The translations under genes were made by a program, and so were the position numbers. Below the pieces are notes generated by a model. It was not told the DNA's origin. It saw only the letters and a list, made by a program, of their open reading frames with translations, and searched no databases. Positions 8,428 to 17,165 of a stretch of DNA of 64,000 bases are shown here, piece after piece. The stretch is taken from positions 1 through 64,000 of the IMG/VR virus record IMGVR_UViG_3300032286_000510; one strand, 5' to 3'. This DNA is from a virus. How positions within the stretch are numbered: the first letter of the stretch is position 1; every line of letters begins with the position of its first letter.

Positions 8428-8498
8428 GTGTCTGTCGCCAAGTGGTAAGGCAAGAGTCTGCAAAACTTTTATCGTCAGTTCGATTCTGACCAGACACT
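8428..8498 (+). tRNA. tRNA-Cys(GCA)
   Basis: agagt-CTGCAAA-acttt; U73. Confidence 0.9.
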
Positions 8499-8532
8499 TT
8501 TAATCCCGTTGATTTCCACGGGATTAACTTAA

Positions 8533-8606
8533 TCCCAAGTAGACAAATTGGTAAAGTCACCTCGCTTTGAACGAGTTGTTTGGAGGTTCGAGCCCTTCCT
8601 TGGGAG
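8533..8606 (+). tRNA. tRNA-Gln(TTG)
   Basis: TCCCAAG/CTTGGGA; loop CTTTGAA. Confidence 0.88.
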
Positions 8607-8610
8607 CCTT

Positions 8611-8684
8611 GTTCGTGTAGCCCAATTGGAAGAGGCAATAGACTAAGGATCTATTCGTTGGAGGTTCGAGTCCTCTCACGAACA
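8611..8684 (+). tRNA. tRNA-Leu(AAG), short variable arm
   Basis: ataga-CTAAGGA-tctat. Confidence 0.88.
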
Positions 8685-8707
8685 TTGGATTTTATATCCA
8701 AACATAT

Positions 8708-8781
8708 GCAGGATTGGTCTAATGGTAAGACAAGAGATTCCAAACCTTTTAATGTGGGTTCGATTCCTACATCCTGTGCCA
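8708..8781 (+). tRNA. tRNA-Trp(CCA)
   Basis: loop TTCCAAA; G73 then CCA. Confidence 0.9.
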
Positions 8782-8782
8782 T

Positions 8783-8856
8783 ACCTTCTTAGCTCAACTG
8801 GATAGAGCAAATTCCTACGAAGAATGAGGTTGCAAGTTCAAATCTTGCAGAAGGTG
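8783..8856 (+). tRNA. tRNA-Arg(ACG)
   Basis: loop CTACGAA; D loop with A20. Confidence 0.9.
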
Positions 8857-8893
8857 TTGACTATCTCTTATAGATAGTCTATACTTGATGAAT

Positions 8894-8975
8894 GGAAGAG
8901 ATCCGAATGGTGAGGGCGCTGATTTGAAATCAGTTGGGTGTAAAAGCTTTGCAGGTTCGACCCCTGTCTCTTCCG
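8894..8975 (+). tRNA. tRNA-Ser(TGA)
   Basis: gctga-TTTGAAA-tcagt; own TTGACT-17-TATACT promoter. Confidence 0.85.
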
Positions 8976-9006
8976 TTGTGCCACTCATAAGACTGGCACA
9001 CAACAC

Positions 9007-9035
9007 TTGACATAATACTCATTATGTCTTATACT
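9007..9035 (+). promoter_or_regulatory. sigma70-type promoter
   Basis: TTGACA-17 nt-TATACT. Confidence 0.8.
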
Positions 9036-9041
9036 TCTTTG

Positions 9042-9130
9042 GTGTGAAGGAAGTGTGCTGAGAGTGATGCCAAAAGTAAGGCACCCCGACAAGGGATACA
9101 GTAGAAGGATGCGAAACCTTCCACTCTCAC
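9042..9130 (+). ncRNA. unassigned multi-branched structured RNA
   Basis: TGAGAGTG/CACTCTCA stem enclosing three hairpins; starts at predicted TSS. Confidence 0.55.
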
Positions 9131-9135
9131 AAAAT

Positions 9136-9210
9136 GCGAAATTAATTCAGCGGTAGAATGTCTGCCTTCCAAGCAGAACGTCAGGAGTTCGAATCTCCTA
9201 TTTCGCTCCA
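9136..9210 (+). tRNA. tRNA-Gly(TCC)
   Basis: tctgc-CTTCCAA-gcaga; CCA. Confidence 0.93.
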
Positions 9211-9283
9211 GGGAGATTAACTCAGCGGTTAGAGTGTCTGATTTACATTCAGAAAGTCCACAGTTCGAATCTGTGATTTCCCA
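9211..9283 (+). tRNA. tRNA-Val(TAC)
   Basis: tctga-TTTACAT-tcaga. Confidence 0.9.
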
Positions 9284-9333
9284 TTAGTAATCATATGATT
9301 ACTATAAATATCTTCAATACTTACATTGTTTTT

Positions 9334-9492
9334 ATGCAAATTAATCTTTGGTATAATAAAACAATGGAAGAATGGAGATGGACCTTAGTTGATTCTAAAT
9401 TGAATATGGAATCTGGTGGTCAATCAGATTTGAGACTTGCTATGAATGATGTAGCAAACACAGTCAAATACTTAATTAGTAAAGAAGACTGA
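9334..9492 (+). CDS. conserved cyanophage hypothetical protein
   Basis: TATAAATA at 9303; MQINLWYNKTMEEWRWTL... Confidence 0.7.
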   Translation: MQINLWYNKTMEEWRWTLVDSKLNMESGGQSDLRLAMNDVANTVKYLISKED

Positions 9493-9500
9493 TTTTATAA

Positions 9501-9574
9501 TCCCCAGTAGCTCAATTGGTAGATGCGTTCGACTGTTAATCGAAATGTTGTAGGTTCAAGCCCTACCTGGGGAG
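9501..9574 (+). tRNA. tRNA-Asn(GTT)
   Basis: ttcga-CTGTTAA-tcgaa. Confidence 0.92.
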
Positions 9575-9620
9575 TTCTAACCTTTAAACTATTATAAATA
9601 ATAATGTGTTGGAGGTTAGT

Positions 9621-10157
9621 ATGTCTGGTAAAAGAGTTGTCGAGTTTCGTCAACGAAGAAAAAAATGGGCAGTAGAAGCATTTGGTGGTAAATGTGGAAT
9701 TTGCGGATATAATAAATGTGTTGAGGGTTTAGACTTTCATCATATTGACCCATCACAAAAAGACTTTTCACCATCAGCATCTACAGCAGGCAGACAAGTA
9801 TTTGTCGAAGAACTTAAAAAGTGTGTCTGTATTTGTTCTAATTGTCATAGAGAAGTTCACGCAGGAATTGCAAATATTCCTAATGAAATTCTTAAATTTG
9901 ATGAAAGTTTTGCTACTAAACCTTTTCCAGAAAAACCAAAACATCCTTGTAAAGAATGTGGAAAACTGACTAACATCAATCAGAAATTTTGTTCTGTAAA
10001 ATGTTCTACTAAAAGCAGAGAGGTTGCTGATTGGCCTAGTAATGAAGAATTAAAAATTCTTGTTGCTAAAAATGGATATTCTGCTACTGGAAGAATGTTT
10101 GGTGTTAGTGATAATGCAGTAAGAAAAAGATTGAACAAATCTTGCCGGGGGAGTTGA
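9621..10157 (+). CDS. HNH homing endonuclease with C-terminal HTH
   Basis: CGICGY...LDFHHIDP...CSNCHREVH; GVSDNAVRKR; GGAGG SD; late promoter. Confidence 0.9.
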   Translation: MSGKRVVEFRQRRKKWAVEAFGGKCGICGYNKCVEGLDFHHIDPSQKDFSPSASTAGRQVFVEELKKCVCICSNCHREVHAGIANIPNEILKFDESFATKPFPEKPKHPCKECGKLTNINQKFCSVKCSTKSREVADWPSNEELKILVAKNGYSATGRMFGVSDNAVRKRLNKSCRGS

Positions 10158-10177
10158 AGTCTTAAGACTTCAAATAA

Positions 10178-10251
10178 CGCAGACGAGTGTAAAGGTTGCA
10201 CGATAGGTTCATACCCTATAGGACGGAGTTCAATTCTTCGGTCTGCCACCA
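10178..10251 (+). tRNA. initiator-like tRNA-Met(CAT)
   Basis: C1:C72 mismatch, atagg-TTCATAC-cctat, CCA. Confidence 0.85.
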
Positions 10252-10256
10252 AATAA

Positions 10257-10327
10257 GGGGGATTAGTTAAACGGTATAACGGGTGCTTTGCAAGCACTTA
10301 TTAACAGTTCGATTCTGTTATTCTCCA
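10257..10327 (+). tRNA. tRNA-Ala(TGC)
   Basis: G3:U70; ggtgc-TTTGCAA-gcact. Confidence 0.92.
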
Positions 10328-10329
10328 TT

Positions 10330-10550
10330 GTCCAAGAGGATGAGAAGTCTGATGTTTCGGACAGAGTTTCAATTACTCTCATCTCCATTACTTGGGGGTG
10401 CCAGGTTTCGACGGAGCATAAAGGTCTTATCTGTTGACGGGACAAGTCCATAAACGCAAACAACATTGTTGCTTTCTCTCGTCAAACCGCATTGGTTTGA
10501 ACTAAACGAGTGAGGGGGTTATAAGTTTCCTTCTTACCCAAAACTTACAA
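10330..10550 (+). ncRNA. ssrA: circularly permuted (two-piece) tmRNA
   Basis: T arm+CATCTCCA (10380-87) precedes GGGGGTG (10394) with G3:U70; tag ORF 10456-10500 ANNIVAFSRQTALV*; outer ends approximate. Confidence 0.88.
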
Positions 10551-10701
10551 GAGGGTGTAATGCCCTCTATTTTTGTGTCTATTTGAACTCGTGCAAAAAA
10601 TGCACAGGTTCATCTTGTGACGGTCTTTGAAGTGGCACAGGGAACTACCAAAACCTCATAGAAGGTGCTATGATTACGGAGTAATCAAAAAAACCAACTA
10701 A

Positions 10702-11232
10702 ATGTTCTATTCCATTTTTGAAGATGGATCTCTCCGAGATTATATCAATCAAAATGTACAAGATCCTTGGATTGGTACACCTTTTGAAGGTTATGTGTTT
10801 ATGTCACCAAAACAAAAAGGTACTTTTGGTGAACGTTTTGTTTCCAAGTATTTTTTGTTGAAAGGAAGTAAAGTAGAAAAACCAAAAAATACTGGACACG
10901 ATAGGATAATTGATAATAAATTGTTAGAGATCAAATTTTCTCTTGCTACCCGTGATAAAAAGGGTGGAATAAATGAGGATCAGTTTATTATAAATCATGT
11001 CTCAAAAGATAAAGATTGGGAACGTCTTGTTTTCTTTGGTATCAATCCATCTGAAGATGACTGTCGTTTCTTTTGGTTCTGCAAAGAAGATTTTATTCAA
11101 CACCTTGAGAGTGATGAATGTGTGTTTGCTTCTCAACAAGGTGGCAAATCAATTGGGAATGATGATTACATCTGTACAAAGATCGATAAATTAAAGAGTA
11201 TGCCGTTCGTAAAGTCTATAGATCAATGGTAA
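10702..11232 (+). CDS. putative PD-(D/E)xK restriction endonuclease
   Basis: KGTFGE...GHD...LEIK motif; overlaps MTase start. Confidence 0.65.
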   Translation: MFYSIFEDGSLRDYINQNVQDPWIGTPFEGYVFMSPKQKGTFGERFVSKYFLLKGSKVEKPKNTGHDRIIDNKLLEIKFSLATRDKKGGINEDQFIINHVSKDKDWERLVFFGINPSEDDCRFFWFCKEDFIQHLESDECVFASQQGGKSIGNDDYICTKIDKLKSMPFVKSIDQW

Positions 11233-11990
11233 ATCTACATTTGGGTGATTGTTTAGATATTCTACCAACACTTGCAGATAATTCTGTGGATGTGGTGTTG
11301 GTGGATTTGCCTTATGGAACTACTGCTTGCAAATGGGATAGTATTATTCCATTGAATAAACTATGGGAACAGTATAATCGTATCTGTAAAAAAGATGGTG
11401 CGATGGTATTTACTGCTGCACAACCATTTACGACTATACTCGCAGCATCTAATCTTGAGAACTTTCGTTATGAATGGATTTGGGAAAAACCTCAAGGAAC
11501 TAACCCTATGAATGCCAAAGTAATGCCTCTCAAGTCACACGAAAACATTCTGATCTTCTATAGAAAGAAACCAGTCTATAATCCACAGATGTGGTATTCA
11601 ACTCCTTACAGTGGGTTTTCATCAGATACCAGCAAGATTGGCGAGGTTTATGGTAGTGCAAAGAGCAAGCATCGTGATAATCCAGAGGGATCAAGATACC
11701 CGAAGACAGTATTACGATTCAAGCAAGAAAAGGGTCTGCATCCTACACAAAAACCTGTAGAAATGATGGAATATTTAATTCGGACATATTCTAATGAGGG
11801 TGAAGTTGTTTTAGATAATTGTATGGGATCTGGAACTACTGGTGTTGCCTGTGTGAATACAAATAGAAATTTTATTGGAATTGAAATGGAAGAAAATTAT
11901 TATAAAATTGCAGAGCAACGAATTTCAGGCACTGTGCCACCTGAACAACTGGCACAACAACCTTCCAATGCCCTAGCAGACCTGCTATGA
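11226..11990 (+). CDS. N6/N4 DNA methyltransferase (beta class)
   Basis: DLPY, HPTQKP, VLDNCMGSGTT. Confidence 0.92.
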   Translation: MVNLHLGDCLDILPTLADNSVDVVLVDLPYGTTACKWDSIIPLNKLWEQYNRICKKDGAMVFTAAQPFTTILAASNLENFRYEWIWEKPQGTNPMNAKVMPLKSHENILIFYRKKPVYNPQMWYSTPYSGFSSDTSKIGEVYGSAKSKHRDNPEGSRYPKTVLRFKQEKGLHPTQKPVEMMEYLIRTYSNEGEVVLDNCMGSGTTGVACVNTNRNFIGIEMEENYYKIAEQRISGTVPPEQLAQQPSNALADLL

Positions 11991-12018
11991 TTACTAGGTA
12001 ATCAATCAACATTAAAAG

Positions 12019-12672
12019 ATGTCAACCTTCGTCATTAGCGAACCCGCAGAAAATCACGCAATTAAAGTTCTAAAAGAAATGGGACTTAATGCAGTTCCAA
12101 ATAATAATAAAATTAAGACTGATCCTGATATTTTGATTGAAGATCTTAATTTGTATGCCGACGAACAGACAAAATTTTTATTCAAAGGCAAGATTGCTTT
12201 TGATGCAATTGCCAGTGCAAGTTCAATGGTTTCTGTTAAAGATGATGAATTCGTTGGTGATAGTGTAAATAAAATTTGCAAATTCTTTTTGAACAATAGT
12301 TCTATGACATTGGAAGAGTTTGTAAATCCTTCAAAAAATGCATTATTTAAAGTTTCCAAAATGGGCAAAATGATGGACTATCGTTTTAGTTACGTTGTTC
12401 ATCACTTGACACCAAAACACTCGAATCCAGGAACTCGTGGAAAAAACTGGACATTTAATGAAGGTGACAAAGCAATCGTTATTGATTATAATGTGATGAG
12501 AAACTTTTTTAATGAGAATAATAATTGGAAAAAATATTTCAATTTTAATCGCAAAGCAAAAGTTGGTGCCGGTCTTGGAGATAAGTGGTTGTCTGCTTAT
12601 TTTTCTATGGATCTGAATGAAATTCCACAAGAAGCAATTGTTTTTGAATATACCTATGATAAAATTAATTAA
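12019..12672 (+). CDS. hypothetical protein, possible PD-(D/E)xK nuclease
   Basis: E...PD...DEQTK pattern; coupled to downstream MTase. Confidence 0.5.
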   Translation: MSTFVISEPAENHAIKVLKEMGLNAVPNNNKIKTDPDILIEDLNLYADEQTKFLFKGKIAFDAIASASSMVSVKDDEFVGDSVNKICKFFLNNSSMTLEEFVNPSKNALFKVSKMGKMMDYRFSYVVHHLTPKHSNPGTRGKNWTFNEGDKAIVIDYNVMRNFFNENNNWKKYFNFNRKAKVGAGLGDKWLSAYFSMDLNEIPQEAIVFEYTYDKIN

Positions 12673-13363
12673 TAGAGATTGTATTGAACAAATGAAGACA
12701 ATGGATAACAATTCCATTGTCTTGACTCTTACTGATATACCTTATGATGTTGTCAATAGAGAAGGTGGCATAAGAAACTTAGATAAAGGGAACGCAGATG
12801 TGTTGACGTTTGATCTTGATAATTTTTGTGAAGAAATTATCAGGATCACAAAAGGTAGCATCTATGTATTTTGTTCAACTGAACAAGTAAGTTTCATTAG
12901 AAAGAAGTTCGTAAATGCTGGTCTTTCTACAAGATTGTGTATTTGGGAAAAAACAAATCCATCACCAATGCACGGAGACAAGTTTTGGTTGTCAAGTATT
13001 GAGTGTTGTGTGTTTGCAAGAAAATCAAAAGCAACCTTCAATGAACACTGTTCTTCTGCTGTTTGGAGAGAATCAGTAGAAAGAAAAATAACACATCATC
13101 CTACACCAAAACCAATTAAACTTCTGTCTAGAATCATTAAAGCATCATCAAATCCTGGTGATTTGGTATTTGATCCTTGTCTGGGGTCGGGATCAACTGC
13201 AATGGCATGTAAACTTACAAATAGAAATTTCATTGGTTGCGATATTGATGAAAATTACGTTAGATTGGCAACTGATTGGATTGAAAATATGGATGTATCT
13301 ATAAATCCCTGGAAGGTGTTTGATTTAACAGAAGTTAGGGGTTTGGATCATTTTTTACTTTAG
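12656..13363 (+). CDS. N6/N4 DNA methyltransferase (beta class)
   Basis: MIKLINRDC start, DIPY, HPTPKP, FDPCLGSGST. Confidence 0.9.
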   Translation: MIKLINRDCIEQMKTMDNNSIVLTLTDIPYDVVNREGGIRNLDKGNADVLTFDLDNFCEEIIRITKGSIYVFCSTEQVSFIRKKFVNAGLSTRLCIWEKTNPSPMHGDKFWLSSIECCVFARKSKATFNEHCSSAVWRESVERKITHHPTPKPIKLLSRIIKASSNPGDLVFDPCLGSGSTAMACKLTNRNFIGCDIDENYVRLATDWIENMDVSINPWKVFDLTEVRGLDHFLL

Positions 13364-13444
13364 TGTCACCTGACAAACTGGCACATAACACTTCCAATCC
13401 CCTAGCAGACCTGCTATAATTACAGAGTAAATCAAAGAAATCAA

Positions 13445-13765
13445 ATGCGTCCTCTTCTTGCTATTCTTGGAACTGTGGTTGGTGTTGCTGCCCTTGGATG
13501 GGGTGTCACATACCACGAACTTGTCTTTCAATCATTCTTCAATCCAAAGTTTGAAGATGTCCGTCGTAATACTTTTGAGCGCAGCAAATCATTCCGAACT
13601 GGTGCTGTTCAAGAGTTGGAAAATATGAGGTTTGAGTATATCAAGGCAGCACCAGAACATAAACTTGCCTTGAAAGATATTATCATTCATAGGGCAACAG
13701 AAGTGCCAGAAGACGCACTACCACAAGACCTTTATAATTTCATTCAAGGTCTAAAATCTAATTGA
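13445..13765 (+). CDS. membrane-anchored hypothetical protein
   Basis: N-terminal TM helix; VRRNTFERSKSF. Confidence 0.75.
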   Translation: MRPLLAILGTVVGVAALGWGVTYHELVFQSFFNPKFEDVRRNTFERSKSFRTGAVQELENMRFEYIKAAPEHKLALKDIIIHRATEVPEDALPQDLYNFIQGLKSN

Positions 13766-13867
13766 TAAATAGAAGTGCCTTAACTGACTGCAATCTGTAA
13801 GGTAGGAGGAGAGAAATCTTCTCCTTTTTAATATAAATACTAATGCAGTCAGTTTAAGAGCAGAGTT
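13765..13867 (+). promoter_or_regulatory. late promoter/antisense sRNA/terminator/late promoter module
   Basis: ATAAATA, CTTAACTGACTGCA, hairpin+T, TATAAATA, TGCAGTCAGTTTAAG. Confidence 0.65.
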
Positions 13868-14596
13868 ATGCAACCACGTATCTACACGTATAAGATTACG
13901 TTTATTGATACCCCATACTATTACTATGGAGTTCATAAGGAAAAAAGATTTAATGAGTATTATATGGGTTCCCCAAAAACCCACAAATGGTGTTGGGAAC
14001 TTTATGAACCAGAGAAACAGATATTAGAGTTCTTTGAGTTTAATGATGAAGGTTGGTTGGAAGCAAATTTAGTTGAGTATAGTTTAATAAAACCATTTTA
14101 CCAAACAGATAAATGGTGCTTGAATGAAAGTTGTGGAGGTAAGATTTCATTGGAAGCATTAAGTAAATCTGGATTAAAAAATAGGAAAAATAGAACTGGT
14201 ATTTTTTCACAAACTCCAGAGCAATGGAGTGCTAATGGGAAAAAATCTGCAAAATTACATAAAGAAAATGGCACTGCACTATTTGGATTGACTAAAGAAC
14301 AAAGACAGGAAACCGGAAGGAAAATGGGATTAAAAAATAAAGAAAACGGTACTGGTATATTTGCTCAAACCCCAGAAGAAAGAAGTGAACTTGGTAGGAG
14401 AAATGGATTAAAAACGAAAGAAAATGGTACTGGTATATTTTCATTAACTGCTGAACAGAAAAGTGAACTTGGAAAAAAATCAGCATCTCAAAAATGGATA
14501 TGTCTTGAAACTGGGCACATATCTAATGCTGGGGGATTATGTTGCTATCAAAAGAAAAGGGGAATAGACACTTCAAAAAGAAAAAGAATATCATAA
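13868..14596 (+). CDS. GIY-YIG-like (Seg-type) homing endonuclease with internal repeats
   Basis: YTYKIT...YYYGVH...YMGS; repeated ENGTGIF.....E.R units. Confidence 0.8.
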   Translation: MQPRIYTYKITFIDTPYYYYGVHKEKRFNEYYMGSPKTHKWCWELYEPEKQILEFFEFNDEGWLEANLVEYSLIKPFYQTDKWCLNESCGGKISLEALSKSGLKNRKNRTGIFSQTPEQWSANGKKSAKLHKENGTALFGLTKEQRQETGRKMGLKNKENGTGIFAQTPEERSELGRRNGLKTKENGTGIFSLTAEQKSELGKKSASQKWICLETGHISNAGGLCCYQKKRGIDTSKRKRIS

Positions 14597-14686
14597 GGAC
14601 ACTTGATGAACTGGCACGGAGGCACTCCACAGGGGCACCAGATGCCTTATAATACTCTCATACACACACCACGGAGATTTTTTATT

Positions 14687-15175
14687 ATGGGTCTTGATAT
14701 GTATCTCTATGCTCAAAAGGACATTTCTTTTTTTGAATGGAGTAAAGACGAAAAAAATGAAGATTTCAATAAACTTGTTGAACTTACTGAAATTGATGAA
14801 CTCATTGATAAAGAAAGTGGATATATTCCAGCATATGCTAAGGTAAAAGTTGGTTATTGGAGAAAGGCAAATGCTATTCATAAGTATTTTGTAGATAAAT
14901 GTGCTGATGGTAAAGATGATTGTGGAGAGGTTGTTGTATATTGGGAACAACTTAAAGAACTAATGGACATTTGCGAGAAACTTAGTTTGTCTAAGGATGT
15001 TGAACAAGCAAAGGTACTTCTTCCCCCTCAAAGTGGTTTTTTCTTTGGAAGTACTGATATTGATGAATGGTATTTTTCTGATATTGAATATACCTACAAT
15101 CTTCTGAAAAAGATTCTTGAAAAAATTCCAAAAGAAGATTGTAAGTATGATTTCAGTTATAGGGCATCCTGGTAG
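14687..15175 (+). CDS. conserved phage protein (MGLDMYL / YWRKANAIH family)
   Basis: Characteristic motifs; GGAG SD; early promoter cassette. Confidence 0.8.
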   Translation: MGLDMYLYAQKDISFFEWSKDEKNEDFNKLVELTEIDELIDKESGYIPAYAKVKVGYWRKANAIHKYFVDKCADGKDDCGEVVVYWEQLKELMDICEKLSLSKDVEQAKVLLPPQSGFFFGSTDIDEWYFSDIEYTYNLLKKILEKIPKEDCKYDFSYRASW

Positions 15176-15251
15176 GACACCTGACGAACTGGCACAATAG
15201 ATTCCCACAGGGGCACCAGATGCCTTATAATACTCTCATACACACAGAGGA

Positions 15252-15611
15252 ATGATGACTGCTCTTTATTTTGAATCCGAAGACGGAACTCAATTTGATA
15301 CTGCCATTTTTGATGGTTATCCTGTTGGAGACCGAATGCTCGAAGGTGTTCGTTTTATTGTGAAGATTGAGGATGGAAAACTTCACCCAACTATTCACAC
15401 TGATGATGCCCAATACTTTTCTACTCTGAATGAAAAGTATTGGTTGAATAAAGTGACGGACTATGTTCAAGACTATGATGTTTTTAGTCATCCTCAAACA
15501 GGAGAAGATGTTTATCTTGTGACTGATGAAGAATCTGAACCTGTTGTAGGTGTTGTTGGTAAAGCATACACTTGGGGAGAAGTTCTTCAAAAAGCATATA
15601 CTTTTGAATAA
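15252..15611 (+). CDS. acidic hypothetical protein
   Basis: GAGGA SD after promoter cassette. Confidence 0.75.
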   Translation: MMTALYFESEDGTQFDTAIFDGYPVGDRMLEGVRFIVKIEDGKLHPTIHTDDAQYFSTLNEKYWLNKVTDYVQDYDVFSHPQTGEDVYLVTDEESEPVVGVVGKAYTWGEVLQKAYTFE

Positions 15612-15713
15612 CTCATCACTATTTTGAATGAAAAGGACACTTGACGAACTGGCACAAGACCCTTCCCACTTCTCCTCAATCCCCGCTATAATTACTAGGT
15701 AATCAACAAAATT

Positions 15714-16208
15714 ATGAAACCCTTTATTGCTATTGCTTCCGTTGCCGTTCTTGGTATTTCTCTTGTTGGGTGTGATTATACTCCCAGTTCTGATGAAACA
15801 CAACGAGAACAACAGGAACGAATTCTACAAGAAGGTACGGCACAAACTGGTATGCCTGCCATCAAGAACTTCCGTGAACGCAAACTTTTGAAGCAAATCA
15901 TTGAGATGCGTGACCAAGATGGTCTTGTGACTTATACTTATACTGTTCCCGAAACTACTGGTCGTCCAGTGTTCCTGTGTAACTCTATTGGTTATGGTTT
16001 GCCTGCTGCGACACAATATACAAGTCCTGAGAAGGTTGATTATGGTACTAATGGAAATGTATCTATTCCTCAGGCAGACCCAAATGGTTTGTTCTCTCCC
16101 AGTAGTGCCGAAGGTACTTGGGTGATGTGTACTGACCCCAGTGGTAGTGGAAAGACCCGACCTGTGTATGTTGAACCTCGTGTAATTGTATCTCCCTTCA
16201 AACTCTGA
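15714..16208 (+). CDS. lipoprotein, conserved phage family
   Basis: Lipobox LVGC; QADPNGLFSPSSAEGTWVMC. Confidence 0.8.
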   Translation: MKPFIAIASVAVLGISLVGCDYTPSSDETQREQQERILQEGTAQTGMPAIKNFRERKLLKQIIEMRDQDGLVTYTYTVPETTGRPVFLCNSIGYGLPAATQYTSPEKVDYGTNGNVSIPQADPNGLFSPSSAEGTWVMCTDPSGSGKTRPVYVEPRVIVSPFKL

Positions 16209-16210
16209 TT

Positions 16211-16423
16211 ATGGCACTTTCAAATAAAACAATTCAATCACTTGCTGAGGTTCTCGCACCCGAAGTGATTGATTATATTCACGAAGATGAACGTTATGCT
16301 GAGTTTATGATGGAGATTCTTCCTGACGCAATTCAAGATAAACTTGGTACAATTAGTGAAGAACTAATGAATGACCTACCATTCTGTATAATGGATCGTA
16401 TTTGTTTTCATAAGGTATCATAG
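16211..16423 (+). CDS. hypothetical protein
   Basis: 70 aa, operon-coupled. Confidence 0.7.
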   Translation: MALSNKTIQSLAEVLAPEVIDYIHEDERYAEFMMEILPDAIQDKLGTISEELMNDLPFCIMDRICFHKVS

Positions 16424-16425
16424 TG

Positions 16426-16767
16426 ATGAATCCTCAAATCAAAGAAAAATGGGTTGATGCCCTTCGGTCTGGTGGTTACCAACAAACTCAACGTCGTCTT
16501 CACGACGAAAATGGGTTCTGTTGCCTAGGAGTTCTTTGTGATCTTTATGGGAAAGAGAACAATGTAGAATGGGAACCTTCAACTCATTATAAAAATGCTT
16601 ATGTGTTCCAAGATATGGCGATAATTCTTCCTCGATCTGTGATGGAATGGGTAGGTGTTGAAGAGGTTAATCCATATGTTAATGGTGGACCGTTTACTCT
16701 TGCAGAACTTAATGATAAGGGATCTACCTTCAATGAAATCGCAGATGTAATTGAAAACCACTTTTAG
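16426..16767 (+). CDS. conserved phage protein (WVDALRSG/CCLGVLCD), paralog 1
   Basis: Tandem paralog of 16776. Confidence 0.8.
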   Translation: MNPQIKEKWVDALRSGGYQQTQRRLHDENGFCCLGVLCDLYGKENNVEWEPSTHYKNAYVFQDMAIILPRSVMEWVGVEEVNPYVNGGPFTLAELNDKGSTFNEIADVIENHF

Positions 16768-16775
16768 AAATCCTT

Positions 16776-17120
16776 ATGAATCCTCAAATCAAACAAAAAT
16801 GGGTTAGTGCCCTTCGGTCTGGTGATTACCAACAAACTCAACAAGTTCTTCACAACAAAAATGGGTTCTGTTGTCTAGGTGTTCTTTGTGATCTTTATAT
16901 AAAAGAGAATCAGTTAGAATGGGAACCTAATCACTTGAATAATGGTAATTATTATAATTTTCAGGATGAAAATGTATATCTTCCCCATTCTGTGGTAGAA
17001 TGGTCTGGTATTGGAGATGATGATCCAACTATTAATGACGGAGAATCAACTCTTGTGGAACTTAATGATGGTGGAAGCACCTTTATTGAAATAGCAGATG
17101 TAATTGAAAAACAGTTGTAG
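16776..17120 (+). CDS. conserved phage protein (WVSALRSG/CCLGVLCD), paralog 2
   Basis: Tandem paralog of 16426. Confidence 0.8.
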   Translation: MNPQIKQKWVSALRSGDYQQTQQVLHNKNGFCCLGVLCDLYIKENQLEWEPNHLNNGNYYNFQDENVYLPHSVVEWSGIGDDDPTINDGESTLVELNDGGSTFIEIADVIEKQL

Positions 17121-17136
17121 AACTGGCACAAGGCAC

Positions 17137-17165
17137 TTGACATCCCACCAAAACTCTGGTATGAT
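17137..17165 (+). promoter_or_regulatory. sigma70-type promoter
   Basis: TTGACA-17-TATGAT with extended -10 TG. Confidence 0.75.

Noticed and set aside
5871-10466. Short ORFs overlapping tRNA/tmRNA genes or promoter repeats (5871, 5878, 6591, 7031, 7153, 8423, 8580, 8815, 9980, 10263)
   Set aside because: Fully explained by RNA genes and repeats
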